NCBI RefSeq assembly: GCF_001272835.1 | Contig: NZ_CP010546.1 | Location: 785,208-817,207, forward strand | Direction: 5' to 3' | Source of the DNA: Mycoplasmoides pneumoniae FH | Lineage (GTDB): Bacteria > Bacillota_I > Bacilli_A > Mycoplasmatales > Mycoplasmoidaceae | Length of the DNA: 32,000 nt | Shown here: one piece after another, positions 1 to 9,923 of the stretch | How positions within the stretch are numbered: position 1 is the first letter of the stretch | How the letters are laid out: the number at the start of each line of letters is the position of its first letter | The notes under the pieces: generated by a model | Seen by the model: the letters and a program-made list of their open reading frames with translations, nothing else | Databases searched by the model: none | What the model was told of the DNA's origin: nothing | Position numbers and translations under genes: made by a program

Positions 1-17
1 AATCTTATTTTTACCAA
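1..17 (-). CDS. rpsP: 30S ribosomal protein S16, first 6 codons only (gene runs off the left edge)
   Basis: Minus strand reads TTG GTA AAA ATA AGA TT = (M)VKIRL, the conserved S16 N-terminus. AAGGAG (24-29) lies 6 nt upstream. Position next to the MG447-like transporter fits the remembered MG446 rpsP order. Too short for certainty. Confidence 0.5.
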
Positions 18-46
18 TCAAGTCTCCTTTTAAAATAAAGCGGATA

Positions 47-54
47 ATTATACA
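47..54 (-). promoter_or_regulatory. extended -10 box TGTATAAT upstream of rpsP
   Basis: Reverse complement of 47-54 is TGTATAAT (TGn + TATAAT). It lies about 30 nt upstream of the TTG start at 17 and just downstream of the real TAG stop (81-83) of the preceding gene. Confidence 0.4.
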
Positions 55-80
55 TTGCCGTTAGGTAGTTTTACCTAACT

Positions 81-1730
81 CTAAGAATAGCGCTCAATGA
101 ACTGGACAATCCGACTCTTATGTTTTTGAGCGAAGTATTTATCCATAAAGAAGTGGATGTGTACTTGGCCAATCAAAACGTTAATCAATCCAGCCAGAGC
201 AGCGTTAGCCGTTAATAACCAGATAAAGATTTCAATGTTTTTTGTTTGTAAGGTAATTGCTTGAAAGATAAACAACAAGGGTACAAAAACAATAACCCCT
301 TGCATTAAGGAAACTATTCACGAATACAACACCCGGTTGGTATTTTGGAAGTACTGTTGACTGGTAGCGCCAATGGCCACAAAGAACACTTGCGCTTGCA
401 CAATTAAGGAAAACTGATTAGCGAGCATTAAGGTAGCTGCACTTGTATCAAACAGGTGCACTAGGATTTCTTTGCCCAATCCAACTGCCAGAATTAAATA
501 CAGCAAAGCAGCAAATACCAAACACACTAACAACGTATAAACATTAATCCTTTTAATGTCAGCCAACTGGCCCTGACCAAACTTGTAGGATACCACTGTC
601 CGCACCCCTTGGAGAACACCAAAGATGGCGGCTGAAGTTAGGTTAGCAATTGCAATGGGTCCCGTTAGTAACACCAAGTAAAAGGTATCACTTTGGTCCG
701 TAAGCGTTTTGGTCAAATTCACCAAAAAGCTTTCGTAAAAGGTGTTGAGAATTGAGAGCGAACCATTACGGAAAAAGGAGGCTAACCCCACCATTGAAAT
801 GACCAAAAAGAGGTTAAAACTAACCCGTTTAAAGGAAAAGTCCCTCAACGAAAGGTAGGTTAAACCACGTTTATTTAAACTAATAAGGTACACCACATAA
901 GCCATAAAGGTAATGAAGTAAACCAAAATCGCAGCCACCGCGGAGCCCACAACCCCTAAAGTGGAAAAACGCACTAACAAGAAAACAAACAGGACGTTCA
1001 GTAAGTTCGATAAAGGAGGCACAATTGCAATAAACAGTTGCCGGCCCTCTGATTGGCCTAAGTAAAAAAACAAGCGGCTCAACATCGGTATGATGTTAAA
1101 GCCAATCAAAATGTAAACGTACTCTGAACCAATCGCAACCGCCTTTTCGTTAAAGAAGTGTTGAAACTGATCCGCTACTTGCACGTGGTGTTGTTCATCG
1201 ACTTTATCCAAGTTAAACTGCAACCACTCTTTGGCAATCGCTAGCACAATAATTTGGGTCACTAGGGCAAATAAGGTAGTGGAAACTAACCCGGTATTCC
1301 AAGCATCCTTAATCTTTTTCTCATCACCCTTACCAATGGTTTTGGAAAAGATCACCCCCGTACCCAACGGCACAAAGATGGTAATGGCGTTGAGAATGAC
1401 TACAATTGGCTGGCTAATATTTAAGACTGTTTTGACTAATTGACTAGCTGTTAGTTCCGTGTGGTTGGGAATGTCCCCACCCTTATAAAACGCGGATGCT
1501 TTAAATTCCTCAATTAAGGCCTGGTCAGTAAAGATTGAATCGGGATTAAGTGGTCCATGCGGGACAAACTTAATCACCATAATTTGGTCCACAAAGACAT
1601 AAGCAGCGGAAAACAGCGCAAAGAAAAAAGTCGGAATAGCAAAGCGCAAGATCGTTAGAAACAGTCTTTTCGATTCAAAGGATTTTTGGATGAGGACTTG
1701 CTTCGCTAGACGATCTTGTTGGCTATTCAC
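81..1730 (-). CDS. polytopic membrane transporter, MOP/MATE-like (MG447-like), 549 aa
   Basis: Track ORFs 318-1730 and 81-305 are in the same frame and joined by TGA at 318-320. The real stop is TAG at 81-83. Many hydrophobic segments run the whole length. The family call is by general resemblance and synteny only. Confidence 0.8.
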
Positions 1731-2186
1731 TTAGTTAGATTCCTTAAATAATTTGAGGTATTCACCATACCCCGCCGATTCCATTTCCGCAAACGGAATG
1801 AACTTTAGAGCAGCGGAGTTAATGCAGTAACGCAAACCACCATGCTCTTCGGGACCATCACGAAAGACGTGCCCTAGGTGGCTGTTGGAGTTTTTGGCGC
1901 GTACTTCGGTGCGGATCATCCCGTGTGATTCATCGCGGTAGTTAGCAATTAAGTCTTGACTAATTGGTTTGGTAAACGCTGGTCAACCACAACCGGATTT
2001 GAACTTATCAGTTGAGATAAACAACGGTTCACCGGACGTAATGTCAACGTAAATACCCTTTTCGTAATGGCGGTTATATTCATTAGTATAGGGCGGTTCG
2101 GTGTGTGCGTTTTGGGTAACGTCGTACTGTAGTTTAGTTAAGGTCCGCTTTAGTTCCCCGTCACTCTTTTTTTGGTACTTACTCAT
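1731..2186 (-). CDS. msrB: peptide-methionine (R)-S-oxide reductase MsrB, 151 aa
   Basis: Track ORFs 1983-2186 and 1731-1919 are in the same frame and joined by TGA at 1983-1985, which gives GCG-W-PAF. Catalytic RYCINS and HLGHVF motifs are present. Confidence 0.93.
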
Positions 2187-2854
2187 GCACTGAATTTTTC
2201 ACTATTATTTAAGTAAACATCAAGGAAACTTTTGCCTATTTTGATGTGCGACTTAATTTCAATTATACCCTGATTTTTAGGTTTTAAATGGAGCTCTTTT
2301 TCCGAACAGAGCATTCCCATGGAATCATACCCCGCAATTTTAGCCTTCTTGATAATCGTGCCATCAGGTAAAACACCACCAACATGGACTAAAACAGTTT
2401 TAAGGCCAACCCGAACATTATCCGCCCCACACACGACATCCAAGGACTTATTGGAACCAGTGTTGACCTTACACCTTTTCAAATGAGTGTTGGGAATCGG
2501 AATGGCCGAAATGACCTCACAAACCACAAAGGGTACCTTTTTGGCTAAGGGTGTTAAATCATAGTTCAACAGCTCACTAATCTTTTTGACCAACTTCAAA
2601 GAAGGGTAATTCAACCCTGCGGTAAAGTGATGGGAAATTAATCCCCTGCGAAAGCTCTTTTTAATGTCAAAGAAGTTAAACCCAGCAATCTCATTGGCTT
2701 CATTGACAAAGAAGCTAAAGTTCTGGTTCTTTTCTTGGCGCAAAGTAGCTTGCGTGCGGCTACCAATTAAACCAAACATACAGTTCTTAAGTGTTTTCTT
2801 GGGACAAAAAATGGTGATAAAGTCCTGAGAAATATCAAAAAAACCGTAACGCAT
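2150..2854 (-). CDS. YtpR-like tRNA-binding (Trbp111/PheT N-terminal OB-fold) protein, 234 aa
   Basis: The C-terminal half ([26 protein letters not shown]...[17 protein letters not shown]) resembles the tRNA-binding OB domain of PheT/CsaA. The track ORF ends at TGA 2183-2185. Under table 4 it reads on ([11 protein letters not shown]) to TAA at 2150-2152. Confidence 0.8.
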
Positions 2855-2860
2855 TGTTAA

Positions 2861-3733
2861 CTATTCGCCTTGCAGCACAATTACATAGCTGTTCAATCCC
2901 GTGTGGGTACAAATGACCGGGGACAGTAAGCTCTGTTCTATATTAATGGAATGATCCAACAGTTTATCAAACTCTTGGACTAAATTAGTGTTGGTCTGTT
3001 CGTCAAAGACGGTGGTAAGAAAGGCACCCCGTTTCAGTTTAGCGGAGTGTTTTAACAGCTGTTTCTTTAAAAACTTGACTGCTAGCTTATGCGCATCATG
3101 AGTCGAACGCGCTTTATCAAAGAACTGTAACTTACCATTTTCACCTAAAAAACTAATCAGTAAGTGAAACTTTAAGCTCTTGATAATAAAGGATTTAAGA
3201 TTGGAAAGCCGCCCGCCTGCCACTAGTGGTTTGGTATCAGTGACAAACAACACTGCGGCCGTTTTCTTGCGGTACTGCTCCACAAAGCGATCCAAGCCTT
3301 CCCTGGAATAAGGATTGGTATTCAACCAACCCTTAATGTCATTGATTAGCCAATCAATGATCATTTCCACCGCTCTGGCATCCAATACATGGAACTTCGA
3401 AGCGTAATCCTTTTCAACTAACTTCCAGTTCGCGTACGAAGCGGAGATTTCCTTATCAATCGGAATGCCGATAATCAGGTCATACTGCTCCACTAGTTCA
3501 CTCACCTTAGCGCGCACTATTTCTTCAGTAGTTTGCGATGTGGAGAACTTCACTCCCTTCGGAGCGTTAGCCATCTTGTCCGTGAGGGTTTTTAAATCAA
3601 TGTCAAACCCCGAACTAAAGGTGGTTTCAGCTTCAGGAGTTGATTCAATGATGAAAAGCGGTAGCACATACAGATGTTGTGCCTGGCTTTCCTTGAGGTT
3701 ACTAACAGAGTCAACTAAGAATGCGACTCTCAC
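2861..3733 (-). CDS. DegV-family (fatty-acid binding) protein, 290 aa
   Basis: Uninterrupted ORF with a real TAG stop. The N-terminus (M)[12 protein letters not shown] is typical of DegV proteins. The GTG start shares its G with the tuf TAG stop (TAGTG). Position matches the remembered MG450. Confidence 0.8.
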   Translation of the reverse strand: MRVAFLVDSVSNLKESQAQHLYVLPLFIIESTPEAETTFSSGFDIDLKTLTDKMANAPKGVKFSTSQTTEEIVRAKVSELVEQYDLIIGIPIDKEISASYANWKLVEKDYASKFHVLDARAVEMIIDWLINDIKGWLNTNPYSREGLDRFVEQYRKKTAAVLFVTDTKPLVAGGRLSNLKSFIIKSLKFHLLISFLGENGKLQFFDKARSTHDAHKLAVKFLKKQLLKHSAKLKRGAFLTTVFDEQTNTNLVQEFDKLLDHSINIEQSLLSPVICTHTGLNSYVIVLQGE

Positions 3734-4917
3734 TATTCAAGCACTTCCGTGACTGAACCAGCACCAACCGTTCGACCACCTTCACGGATGGAGAACTTAC
3801 TACCTTTTTCACAAGCAATTGGTGCAATTAGTTCAACTGTAATCGAGGTATTGTCACCTGGTAGCACCATTTCGGTGTTTTCTGGTAGGGAAATCGAACC
3901 AGTAACGTCTGTAGTACGGAAGTAGAATTGGGGACGGTAACCGTTTAAGAAACCGGTGTGACGACCACCTTCTTCCTTCTTTAAAGCATAGATTTCCGCT
4001 TTAAATTTCTTGTGCGGTTTAATCGAACCTGGTTTAGCTAACACTTGACCACGTTCCACTTCTTTACGGTCCACACCACGGAGTAATACCCCAGCGTTGT
4101 CCCCAGCCATTGCTGAATCAAGTTCCTTTTTGAACATTTCGATTCCGGTAACAACTGCTTTACGGATTGGACGTAAACCAACGATTTCAATTTCTTGACC
4201 TACTTTCAATTCACCACGTTCAACCCGACCGGTAACCACGGTACCACGGCCAGTAATCGTCATGGTGTCTTCGATTGCCAACAAGAAGGGTTTGTCCACT
4301 TCACGTTCAGGAGTTGGAATCCATTCATCAACTGCATTCATTAAATCATGGATCTTAGCTTCCCACTTAGGATCACCTTCAAGCGCTTTAAGTGCAGAAC
4401 CATAAATAATAGGGGTGTTCTTGCCATCAAAGCCGTAAGAAGTTAATAAGTCACGTACCTCTTCTGCTACTAACTCTTGCACTTCTTCATCAGTTGCAAT
4501 GTCACACTTGTTTAGGAACACTACCATGCGTGGCACACCCACTTGGCGGGCCAACAAAATGTGTTCACGGGTTTGGGGCATAACACTGTCAGTTGCTGAA
4601 ACTACTAGAATGGCACCATCCATTTGTGCAGCACCAGTAATCATGTTCTTAATGTAGTCAGCGTGTCCTGGACAGTCAACGTGAGCATAGTGACGCTTGT
4701 CAGAGGAGTACTCCACGTGAGCGGAGTTAATCGTAATTCCCCGTGCTTTTTCTTCCGGAGCCTTATCGATTTGGTCGTAACGAGTAGCAGCTGATTTACC
4801 TTCTTTTGCTAATACAGTACAAATAGCTGCTGTTAAAGTTGTTTTACCGTGGTCAATGTGGCCAATAGTACCTACATTAACGTGGGGTTTAGATCGGTCA
4901 AATTTCTCTCTTGCCAT
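3733..4917 (-). CDS. tuf: translation elongation factor Tu, 394 aa
   Basis: Full-length ORF with [17 protein letters not shown] and NKCD GTPase motifs. Confidence 0.98.
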
Positions 4918-4937
4918 GTGTTTGAATTACGTCTCTA

Positions 4938-4945
4938 ATTTTACA
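4938..4945 (-). promoter_or_regulatory. extended -10 box TGTAAAAT upstream of tuf
   Basis: Reverse complement of 4938-4945 is TGTAAAAT, 20 nt upstream of the tuf ATG (4915-4917), in the divergent intergenic region. Confidence 0.35.
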
Positions 4946-4974
4946 TAAGTTTGAGATAAAGCTGTAGAGAGGCT

Positions 4975-4980
4975 TATAAT
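4975..4980 (+). promoter_or_regulatory. -10 box TATAAT upstream of the membrane protein/galU unit
   Basis: Perfect TATAAT 21 nt upstream of ATG 5002. Confidence 0.35.
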
Positions 4981-5001
4981 TCTTGGAGTAGTGTAATTCA
5001 T

Positions 5002-5757
5002 ATGGAGCAAAATAATTGCAAAATCAGAACTTGATTTGCCAAACTGGCGTTAGCACAAAAGGTCTTCTTGGGGGTAATTCCCTTATTTTTTATTTGTTTT
5101 GTTTTTGTAATTGCTGACATTGTCATCAGTTTGCAAAATAAAGGCCACATTATAGAAGAGATAGATAAGTTTACTAACCAGAGCAATGTTATGTTGCTCA
5201 TTTATGCATGTTGGTATGTAAGCAAACCAAAGAGCCATTATCTCAAGAACCAGCAGTTCTTTTTGAGTGCCTTTGCTTACATCATCTTTACTTTTTTAGG
5301 CTACAACGTCATTTTGGCGGCTTCACAACAAGCTTACAGTGATAAGGATGCTTATTCCTTGGCAAGTTCTGTCTTTCTCCATGTGTTGGCACCAATTGCT
5401 TTCTTGGTTGCAGGTATAGTTAAGATGAAAACGGACAAGGATGTAACCTTTAATCATTTTTGAAAAAGTTTGGGTTACTTCATGATCTATCCCTTAGTGT
5501 ATGGGTTGTACTTAGCGACCATTCCTTATGTAAGGGGTCATTATGTGAGTGATGATGGTAAGTCTACTACCTATGTGGTTTATGGGGAGATTACCAACAC
5601 CAAGGATAACCCGATCGTCGCTTGACCAGTAGTAATTTGTTTCCTTTTCATTTACTTTCCCTTGAGCTTCTTAGCGGTTTATGCCTTGCAATGTAAGTTA
5701 TTGAATAGACCTCTAAAAGCACAATTTAAGTGTGCAACCAATAAATGCCCAAAATAA
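5002..5757 (+). CDS. integral membrane protein (MG452-like), 251 aa
   Basis: The table-4 reading starts at ATG 5002 and passes in-frame TGA codons at 5032, 5461 and 5623. It ends at TAA 5755-5757 and overlaps the galU start by 13 nt. Several hydrophobic helices are present. The track shows only the 5068-5463 fragment. Confidence 0.75.
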
Positions 5758-6620
5758 GAAAAGCCGTTATTCCCGCAGCCGGACTGGGTACCAGATTACT
5801 CCCAGCCACTAAGGCCATTCCCAAAGAGATGTTGCCCTTAGTCAATAAACCCACAATTCAGTACATTGTGGAAGAAGCAGTAGCGAGTGGCATTAAGGAA
5901 ATCCTAGTAATTGTGTCTTCTAAAAAGGAAGCGATTATTGACCACTTTGACTATGACTTTATCTTGGAAAATGCTTTACTCCAAAAGCACAAAGATCAAG
6001 AACACCAAGAAATTAAGGATATTGCCAACTTAGCGCACATTTACTTTGTCCGCCAAAAACACCAACACGGTTTAGGAGATGCCATTTTGCACGCCAAGTC
6101 GTTTGTTGGTAACGAAGACTTTGCCGTCCTTTTAGGTGATGATGTCGTGTTTGGTGAACAACCGGCATTAGCACAATGTATTCAAGCTTATGAACAAACA
6201 GATTGTCAGGTAATAGGCGTGCAAGAAGTGCCCCATGACCAGGTCAACAAGTATGGCATAGTAACCCCTGAAGCTAATTGACAAAAACAAGCGTTAGTCA
6301 AAATTTTGGGCATGGTGGAAAAACCAGCTGTCAACGAAGCCAAGAGCAACCTAGCCATTTTGAGCCGTTACATCCTTAAACCCAGTATTTTTACAGCTCT
6401 TAAACAAGTACCGTTTGGTGTTGGAGGTGAGTTACAGTTGACTGATGGGTTGAACTATTGTTTACAGCAAGGGGAACCCTTCTTTGCCAAGCACTTTGGT
6501 GGTACCCGGTTTGATGTCGGTACTAAAAATGGTTTTATTAAAGCGAACCTGTACACGGCTTTAAAAACCGATGCCATTACTAAGGATGAAGTCTTGGCCA
6601 TCCTCAAGGAATTTGTTTAA
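5745..6620 (+). CDS. galU: UTP-glucose-1-phosphate uridylyltransferase, 291 aa
   Basis: Track ORFs 5745-6281 and 6306-6620 are in the same frame and joined by TGA at 6279-6281. N-terminal AAGLGTRLLPATKAIPKEMLP motif. Confidence 0.93.
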
Positions 6621-6629
6621 ACAATTTGC

Positions 6630-7052
6630 TTAAAGCTTGGCACCGTTCAAGGTTAAACCCAAGAAGTTTTCTGGTTTAATTAAACGGCTAAACGGACACA
6701 TGGCATGCGCTGCCGTAATGACTGTTTGCGCTGTGGTTTGGTCCACGCCCGTAATCGCTAATTCAACACCGGCTTTAATGTGGAACAGACCGTCCTGGTC
6801 ATGCAGTTCGACACTAACACCCACAATAGGTTGAGTAGCTAATTGCAGTTGGTGCTGTTGTAAAACCACACGCACAGCTTGCGAAAAACAACCAGCATAA
6901 GCTGAAGCAAACAGCTGTTCGGGGTTGTTTTTGTCCTGGTGAGTAGCACCAGGTTTAGGAAATGCTAAACTAACGGTAAAACCATCAACGGTTTGGACAA
7001 CGCCTTCCCTGCCGGCGCTAGCGTGTGCTGTTGTTTTGTAAATTACTGCCAT
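6630..7052 (-). CDS. OsmC/Ohr-family peroxiredoxin-like protein, 140 aa
   Basis: Two conserved Cys contexts (AGCFSQA and AMCPFS), as in the Ohr/OsmC family. Real TAA stop. Confidence 0.85.
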   Translation of the reverse strand: MAVIYKTTAHASAGREGVVQTVDGFTVSLAFPKPGATHQDKNNPEQLFASAYAGCFSQAVRVVLQQHQLQLATQPIVGVSVELHDQDGLFHIKAGVELAITGVDQTTAQTVITAAHAMCPFSRLIKPENFLGLTLNGAKL

Positions 7053-7077
7053 TGTTACTGATATTATATTTAGAAAG

Positions 7078-8277
7078 ATGACAAAAGATCTCCTAGCACT
7101 TTTAAAAGAACGGGGCTTATTTGTACAAGCTAACTTTGAAAAGGAATTAAAGCAATTATTAAACCAAGGATCATTTGCTTTCTATGTTGGCTTTGACCCC
7201 ACAGCACCCTCACTCCATATTGGCAACTATGTGCTGCTCCATGTAGCACAAATCTTCCAAGCAATGGGTCATATTCCCCACGTCTTGTTGGGTAGTGGGA
7301 CGGCTTTAATAGGTGATCCTACTGGCAGAATGGAACTGCGCCAGATGATGAGTCGTGAAACAATTGCCGAAAATACGCGCAACATTAAAAAACAAATTAG
7401 GCGCTTTTTGGGTAGTAATGTAGTGTTTTGCCAAAACGAGACCTGGTTAAAGAAACTCAATTACATTGAGGTCATCAGGGAATTGGGACCCTGCTTTTCG
7501 GTCAACAAGATGTTAGCGACCGATGCCTTTAGTGCTCGTTGGGAACGCGGTTTAACGTTGATGGAATTGAACTACATGGTATTACAGGCCTATGACTTCT
7601 ATTATTTAAACCAAAAGTATGGGGTGCAACTGCAAATAGGGGGCAGTGACCAGTGGGCTAATATCCTAGCGGGGGCTGATTTAATTAGACGCAAAACCCA
7701 AAAACAGGTGTACGGCATGACCACTAACTTATTAGTGAAAGCTAATGGGGAAAAGATGGGTAAGAGTGCTAGTGGAGCTTTATGGTTAGATCCACAAAAG
7801 ACCAGTCCGTATGACTTCTACCAGTATTGGATTAACCTTGATGATGCTAGTTTGCAAAAGGTTTTCCTTATGCTCACTAAATTAGATACCAAGGCAATTG
7901 AAACCCTCTGCAACTTGAAGGGCGCTGCCATTAAGGAGGCCAAGGCAAAACTAGCCTTCGAGTTAACTGACGCTATTCATGGTACCAAGGCAGCTTTAGC
8001 CGCCCAAGCGAAAAGTGCCCGAATCTTTGCCTTTCAACCTGATACTGAAACCAAAACCGTGCGAGCTGGCACCAGGTTAGTGGATGTGATTGTTGATTTA
8101 GGTTTAGTTGTATCCAGATCAGAAGCGCGCCGGGTGATTCAGCAAGGTGGTTTAACGATTAACCAAGAAAAAGTGACTGATGTGGAAATGGTCCTACAAG
8201 CGAGTTCCCAACCACTAGTGATTGGTAAGGGCAAAAAGCGTTTTGTAACGGTGCAAGTGATAGCTAACACCAAATAA
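7078..8277 (+). CDS. tyrS: tyrosine-tRNA ligase, 399 aa
   Basis: HIGH-type motif (PSLHIGN), KMSKS-type motif (EKMGKS) and a C-terminal S4-like domain (SRSEARRVIQQGG). Confidence 0.96.
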   Translation: MTKDLLALLKERGLFVQANFEKELKQLLNQGSFAFYVGFDPTAPSLHIGNYVLLHVAQIFQAMGHIPHVLLGSGTALIGDPTGRMELRQMMSRETIAENTRNIKKQIRRFLGSNVVFCQNETWLKKLNYIEVIRELGPCFSVNKMLATDAFSARWERGLTLMELNYMVLQAYDFYYLNQKYGVQLQIGGSDQWANILAGADLIRRKTQKQVYGMTTNLLVKANGEKMGKSASGALWLDPQKTSPYDFYQYWINLDDASLQKVFLMLTKLDTKAIETLCNLKGAAIKEAKAKLAFELTDAIHGTKAALAAQAKSARIFAFQPDTETKTVRAGTRLVDVIVDLGLVVSRSEARRVIQQGGLTINQEKVTDVEMVLQASSQPLVIGKGKKRFVTVQVIANTK

Positions 8278-8316
8278 AAAACCATCTTTGAGAGTGGTCT
8301 TTTAATGAACTTAGTG

Positions 8317-9354
8317 TTATTTCTTAGCCTTCTTCGCTTTAACTGGTTTGCGCTTGGAATTGGTTGTGGGTTCAGTAACTTCAGCCACAACTGTTGTTTC
8401 TGTTGCACTGGTAGTTTCAGCGTTGTTGAAATCACCAATGAGTTTGGTCTTTAACAGTTCCACTACCTTATGGAATGAATCTAAGGTAGCAGCGTCATAA
8501 CCAGCTTGACGGGTAATATTGAGTTCTAAATCACCCACAGCTTCCTCCATTCTTAAAGAAGTATCCATGAAGGTAATCGGTACACTCATCATGAGGTAAG
8601 TGTGTGTGGTATTGTTGTAAACGTTAAAGTTAGCATACACATTAACCGGGTTAAACAACACCTGCTTTATCATCTCCTTATCTAACTGATTAAAGTTAAA
8701 ACTAGCGTCTTTTTCAGTGTAGAGCAAAACGTTGTTCTGGCGGTTACTTTCAGTTAAAGATTCGTAAAAACCAGTGTTAATTAAGGGGAAATCGCTTTTA
8801 GTTAAGAACCAGTGTTGGTCACTAACAGCATCAATAATAGCGACTAAGCAAGCCACCTTTTCATTTTTGGAAGTACTTCTCTTAATGGCACTTAACTTAG
8901 CAAAGTTAAGCGTTTGACCATTCTTGTACTGTACCTTAAATTGCTTGGGAACTAACTCAAAGTTATAGATGGTAGCAGGGTAAAAAGTCGGTAGAATATC
9001 CGCACTAATTGGACCTTTTTCAAACAATTCAAATTGCTCAAACTGCTTGTTGTTTGCCATCTTTTGTAACCACAAATCAGTACGATCTTGACGGTTGACC
9101 AAATGAATTAACTGACTGCGTTTGTACAAAGCTACAAAGTTAATCACAAAGCTCAACAGCAAGGTAAACCCGCCTAAGGCAATTAGGAAAAGAGCTGCCA
9201 CTTTAGGAACAATTGAACCCTGACCAACATAGCTGTAAATCCCTAAAGAAAGGGCAATTAAAGCAAAGACACCACAAAAACCAACAACTCTTGTAAATTT
9301 ATTGAACTTTTCAGGTGTTAAAAAGAACTTTTGAAAACGAGTTAGCTCTGGCAT
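8317..9354 (-). CDS. conserved hypothetical membrane protein (MG456-like), 345 aa
   Basis: I start it at ATG 9352-9354 (MPELTRFQKFF...), not at the track's TTG at 9468. It has two N-terminal hydrophobic helices, a soluble domain and a Lys-rich tail (KRKPVKAKKAKK). Confidence 0.75.
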   Translation of the reverse strand: MPELTRFQKFFLTPEKFNKFTRVVGFCGVFALIALSLGIYSYVGQGSIVPKVAALFLIALGGFTLLLSFVINFVALYKRSQLIHLVNRQDRTDLWLQKMANNKQFEQFELFEKGPISADILPTFYPATIYNFELVPKQFKVQYKNGQTLNFAKLSAIKRSTSKNEKVACLVAIIDAVSDQHWFLTKSDFPLINTGFYESLTESNRQNNVLLYTEKDASFNFNQLDKEMIKQVLFNPVNVYANFNVYNNTTHTYLMMSVPITFMDTSLRMEEAVGDLELNITRQAGYDAATLDSFHKVVELLKTKLIGDFNNAETTSATETTVVAEVTEPTTNSKRKPVKAKKAKK

Positions 9355-9923
9355 GCGTATATAAAAGATTGTAAGAAAAGATAAGTTAAACACAACGCTG
9401 GAGTTGTTTGCCCTACAGAACGTTTCCCTAAAAACTGCGCCTTGCCAAACTGCGCCCGGGTTTGACAAAGCCGTTCATACAGTTCAACTAACACCCCATC
9501 GAGCTGCTTGTACTGCCTTTTGGTGCGGTTTACTAATTGCAAGAAGCTTTTACAAAAGTAATACAACAAATCCCACACCCGTTTGTGACCTAAAGTAATT
9601 GCTTTAGTTTGTATCAATTTTTCGGTGTGTTTAACAAGGGTTTTCACCACGGTAATCACATCCTTGTTTTCTTCTAACAACAGGTATTCTACAGCCTCCC
9701 ACCAAGTTAGCACAGCATTGGTTTCACAACCCAACAAGTTGGAGTGTTGCTTTAAGACTGCAATAAAGTTTTGCGGGGTTTTACCAACATCGTTGAGGGT
9801 GGTAAAACACTGAAAGCTATAGGTGCCCAAATCGGGTTGCAAGTGGTTGAGCTGCTTTTGCAAGTGCGCGAGGTTAACTAGGAGCTGATCGACAAAACTA
9901 GCAAACTTAACTGTTTGTTTCAC
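9342..9923 (-). CDS. hypothetical protein, 193 codons, no ATG in frame (speculative)
   Basis: The open frame fills the 550-bp gap between the ftsH stop (9907) and the next gene's ATG (9354). The only possible starts are GTG/TTG. The TAA stop at 9342-9344 overlaps the downstream ATG by 13 nt. I recognise no family motif. Confidence 0.35.
   Translation of the reverse strand: MKQTVKFASFVDQLLVNLAHLQKQLNHLQPDLGTYSFQCFTTLNDVGKTPQNFIAVLKQHSNLLGCETNAVLTWWEAVEYLLLEENKDVITVVKTLVKHTEKLIQTKAITLGHKRVWDLLYYFCKSFLQLVNRTKRQYKQLDGVLVELYERLCQTRAQFGKAQFLGKRSVGQTTPALCLTYLFLQSFIYACQS

Noticed and set aside
1231-1443. Track ORFs antisense to or nested in well-supported genes: 1231-1443, 3465-3752, 6637-6834, 7269-7460, 8139-8438, 9404-9598, 9625-9813, 10058-10246, 10695-10907, 10983-11208, 11348-11659, 11361-11567, 12338-12547, 12664-12888, 13814-14011, 14114-14344, 17668-18003, 18391-18627, 19583-19819, 20028-20270, 20328-20630, 21531-21731, 23077-23604, 24393-24587, 24751-25200, 25540-25842, 26227-26529, 28212-28595, 29513-29764, 30137-30331, 30514-30702.
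   Set aside because: Each lies inside a conserved gene on the other strand or in another frame, has no recognisable motif, and often has a low-complexity composition that mirrors the real gene (for example poly-Leu opposite poly-Gln). They are shadow ORFs.
4998-5201. 67-aa minus-strand ORF in the tuf upstream region.
   Set aside because: It overlaps the N-terminus of the plus-strand membrane protein that becomes full length under table 4 (5002-5757) and spans the divergent promoter region. Nothing supports it.
7053-7077. T-box leader upstream of tyrS (also considered for gltX).
   Set aside because: The tyrS upstream spacer is only 25 bp and gltX is overlapped by rsmA, so there is no room for a 200-300 nt T-box riboswitch.
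8278-8316. Bidirectional terminator between the convergent tyrS and MG456-like genes (AAAAACCA...TGGTCTTTT).
   Set aside because: Only 4 G/C-containing base pairs plus A-T pairs interrupted by a mismatch. It is too weak to call from sequence alone.
8317-9468. Longer N-terminal versions offered by the track for three genes: 8317-9468, 12217-12786 and 13371-14363.
   Set aside because: The extensions start at TTG or lie inside the upstream gene or promoter. Internal ATGs (9354, 12744, 13425) give canonical N-termini and the typical 1-13 nt coupling overlaps.
9355-9906. A known structured RNA (RNase P RNA, tmRNA, SRP RNA) hidden in the large non-annotated gaps 9355-9906 and 15790-16339.
   Set aside because: I found none of the hallmark strings I know on either strand: GAGGAAAGTCC for RNase P, the GGGG...ACCA ends with a tag ORF for tmRNA, or the SRP GGAA/AGCA helix 8 motif. 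This was a check by eye, not a covariance-model search.
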